From an uncultured Planctomycetota bacterium (GTDB lineage Bacteria > Planctomycetota > Planctomycetia > Isosphaerales > Isosphaeraceae), in contig CAWJTV010000039.1 in assembly GCA_963845755.1 (NCBI GenBank), positions 128,001 to 192,000 of the forward strand: a DNA stretch of 64,000 nt, read 5' to 3'. Under the pieces are notes generated by a model that saw only the letters and a list, made by a program, of their open reading frames with translations, had not been told where the DNA came from and made no database searches. Below are positions 62,507 to 64,000 of the stretch, in pieces (within the stretch, counting starts at the first letter, position 1; every line of letters starts with the position of its first letter). A program made the translations under genes and the position numbers.

Positions 62507-63654
62507 TCATTGCTCAATGCGAAGCTCGTGATGAGAAAGCGTCTCGAAACCGTCGGGGGTGATCAGGTAGTTCCGCTCGAATCGCATGCCGCCCTCTCCC
62601 TCGATATAGAGACCCGGCTCGATGGCGACGACGTCGCCCGCAACGAGGGTATCGGTGCTCTCGGGGACGAAGTAGGGTGGCTCGGGGTGCCCGAGGCCCA
62701 GTCCGTGGCCCGAGTGGGTCGGGAACGCGTGGTCGAGTCCCAGGGACGCGAAATGACCACGGACGGCCGCGTCGACGTCGCGGGCGGCCGTGCCGGGCCT
62801 CAGCCGGCCCTCGCCCGCGCGCATGGCATCCAGACACGCCTCGAACAGCACGCGCTGGCGGGCCGTCGGCCCGCCGCCGACGGCGAACGTGTTGGTGAAA
62901 TCCCCCCGGTATCCATCGACGATCACCGAGAAGTCGAGCAGGAGCAGGTCGCCCGGCTCGATCGTCCGCGACGTCGGCGGCCCGCCCTTCTCGCGCTCGC
63001 ACCGCGGTCCCGAGGCGAAGTCGCCATAGACGATGACCGGCTCGCTTGCCGCCAGGGCGGCGGCTCGATGGACGATCAGGCAGGCGTCCAGCTCGGTCAT
63101 GCCCGGGCGGACCTCCGCCAGGGCCGCGGCCTGGGCCGCCTCGCCGGCGCGCATCGATCGGCGCAGGGTATCGATCTCGTCCGGGTCTTTCGCCCGTCGC
63201 AAGGGGCGGATCAGCGGGCCGATGTCGACCAGCTCGAGGTCCTTGCGAGACGCGCGAAGGCCCTCGACCAGCCCTGCCGGGACGCACGACAGCTCGACGC
63301 CCACTCTCCGCCCCCGAACCTTCGCCAACCGATCCACCGCCGTCGCGACGAGCTGGCCCCGGCGATACGGGGCCGAGTGGTTGCCGTCGTACCAGACGGG
63401 GGCCACCCGTTCCTCGACGATCGCCGTGTCGAGGAACGGCCCAAGCATCGCATCAGCGATCAGGGTCGCGCGCGCCCCGGCTCCAGCAGCAACAACGCCC
63501 CCGACTCGACCGTCCGGAACACGAACGGCGAAGGGACGTAGTTGGCGAAATAAATCAGGTGCGACGGGTCCCCGATCACCAGGGCGTCGCACTCCGACGG
63601 CAACGCCTTCCAGAGCCGCTCCCGACGCGCGGCGCATCCCTCGGCGGTCAACAT
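62507..63654 (-). CDS. M24 Xaa-Pro peptidase family protein (frameshift near 63475)
   Basis: LLDF, YRGD, HSGHGLG, AIEPGLY and RFE motifs. Confidence 0.85.
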
Positions 63655-63779
63655 CGTTTCGAATCTCCTCGTCATTCAATTTTCAGGTTTCGGTTTTCAA
63701 TTTTTATGTTCATTGTGTGAACATTGAATAAAATTAAAAACTGAAACTTTTTCCTGGCGCCGATCCACGGAGCGCGGGA

Positions 63780-64000
63780 TCATCGCTGCACGCGTGCCGA
63801 GCCGCCTTTGGCCAGCGCCTCGACCTCCTCGAGCCGGGCCATGGTGACGTCACCGGGGAAGGTGGTCAGGAGTGCGCCGTGGGCCCAGCCGAGTCGGAGC
63901 GATTCCTCGGGAGATCGACCGGAGATCAGGCCGTAGATCAACCCGGCGGCGAACCCATCGCCGCCGCCGATGCGGTCGACGACGTCGAGCTCGCAAGTCG
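63780..64000 (-). CDS. kdgK: PfkB sugar kinase (2-keto-3-deoxygluconate kinase-like), 3' end only
   Basis: Own translation: ELDVVDRIGGGDGFAAGLIYG...GWAHGALLTTFPGD...GGSARVQR*. Confidence 0.75.
   Translation of the reverse strand, partial: TCELDVVDRIGGGDGFAAGLIYGLISGRSPEESLRLGWAHGALLTTFPGDVTMARLEEVEALAKGGSARVQR

Noticed and set aside
1..64000. tRNA, rRNA, prophage or integrase genes
   Set aside because: None were recognised by eye; a tRNAscan/Infernal run would be needed to exclude small RNAs.

Overview
GC-rich chromosomal segment, most likely from a planctomycete (Isosphaeraceae-like). The assignment rests on LExR-type planctomycete export motifs, several Uma2 nucleases, a Ser/Thr kinase-TPR protein, a TIGR03067-like fragment, a PEP-CTERM protein and mfnB. 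The window holds about 45 genes. About a dozen, including pgk, are split by single-base frameshifts, which looks like long-read indel error. Housekeeping and envelope genes include gap-pgk, hldE, wzm/wzt, two GT2s, a GT-C, three tandem SGNH proteins, an ALDH7, prpD, kdgK and an M24 peptidase. Non-coding elements read directly from the sequence are a SAM-I riboswitch (28183-28351, minus), a c-di-GMP-I riboswitch (about 51842-51936, minus), an intact ISKra4-type IS with 19-bp TIRs and a 9-bp target duplication, MITEs, REP-like hairpins and a 27-unit heptamer array. The best candidate for an undescribed system is the minus-strand run 39927-51936: c-di-GMP riboswitch > secreted matrixin protease > membrane-anchored PPC/Ig surface protein > Ser/Thr kinase-TPR > HD-GYP phosphodiesterase > FHA-GGDEF cyclase, a possible self-contained phospho-Thr/c-di-GMP surface-sensing circuit. 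Other leads are a SAM-controlled ThrC-like/MoaD/MoeB/desulfurase sulfur-relay operon, an AT-rich coupled pair of PD-(D/E)XK nucleases, a ThDP enzyme with a Tat signal, a SWIM-finger cassette with a palindromic operator, and an inverted repeat pair bracketing MFS-wzt-wzm. No database searches were run; family calls come from motif recognition.
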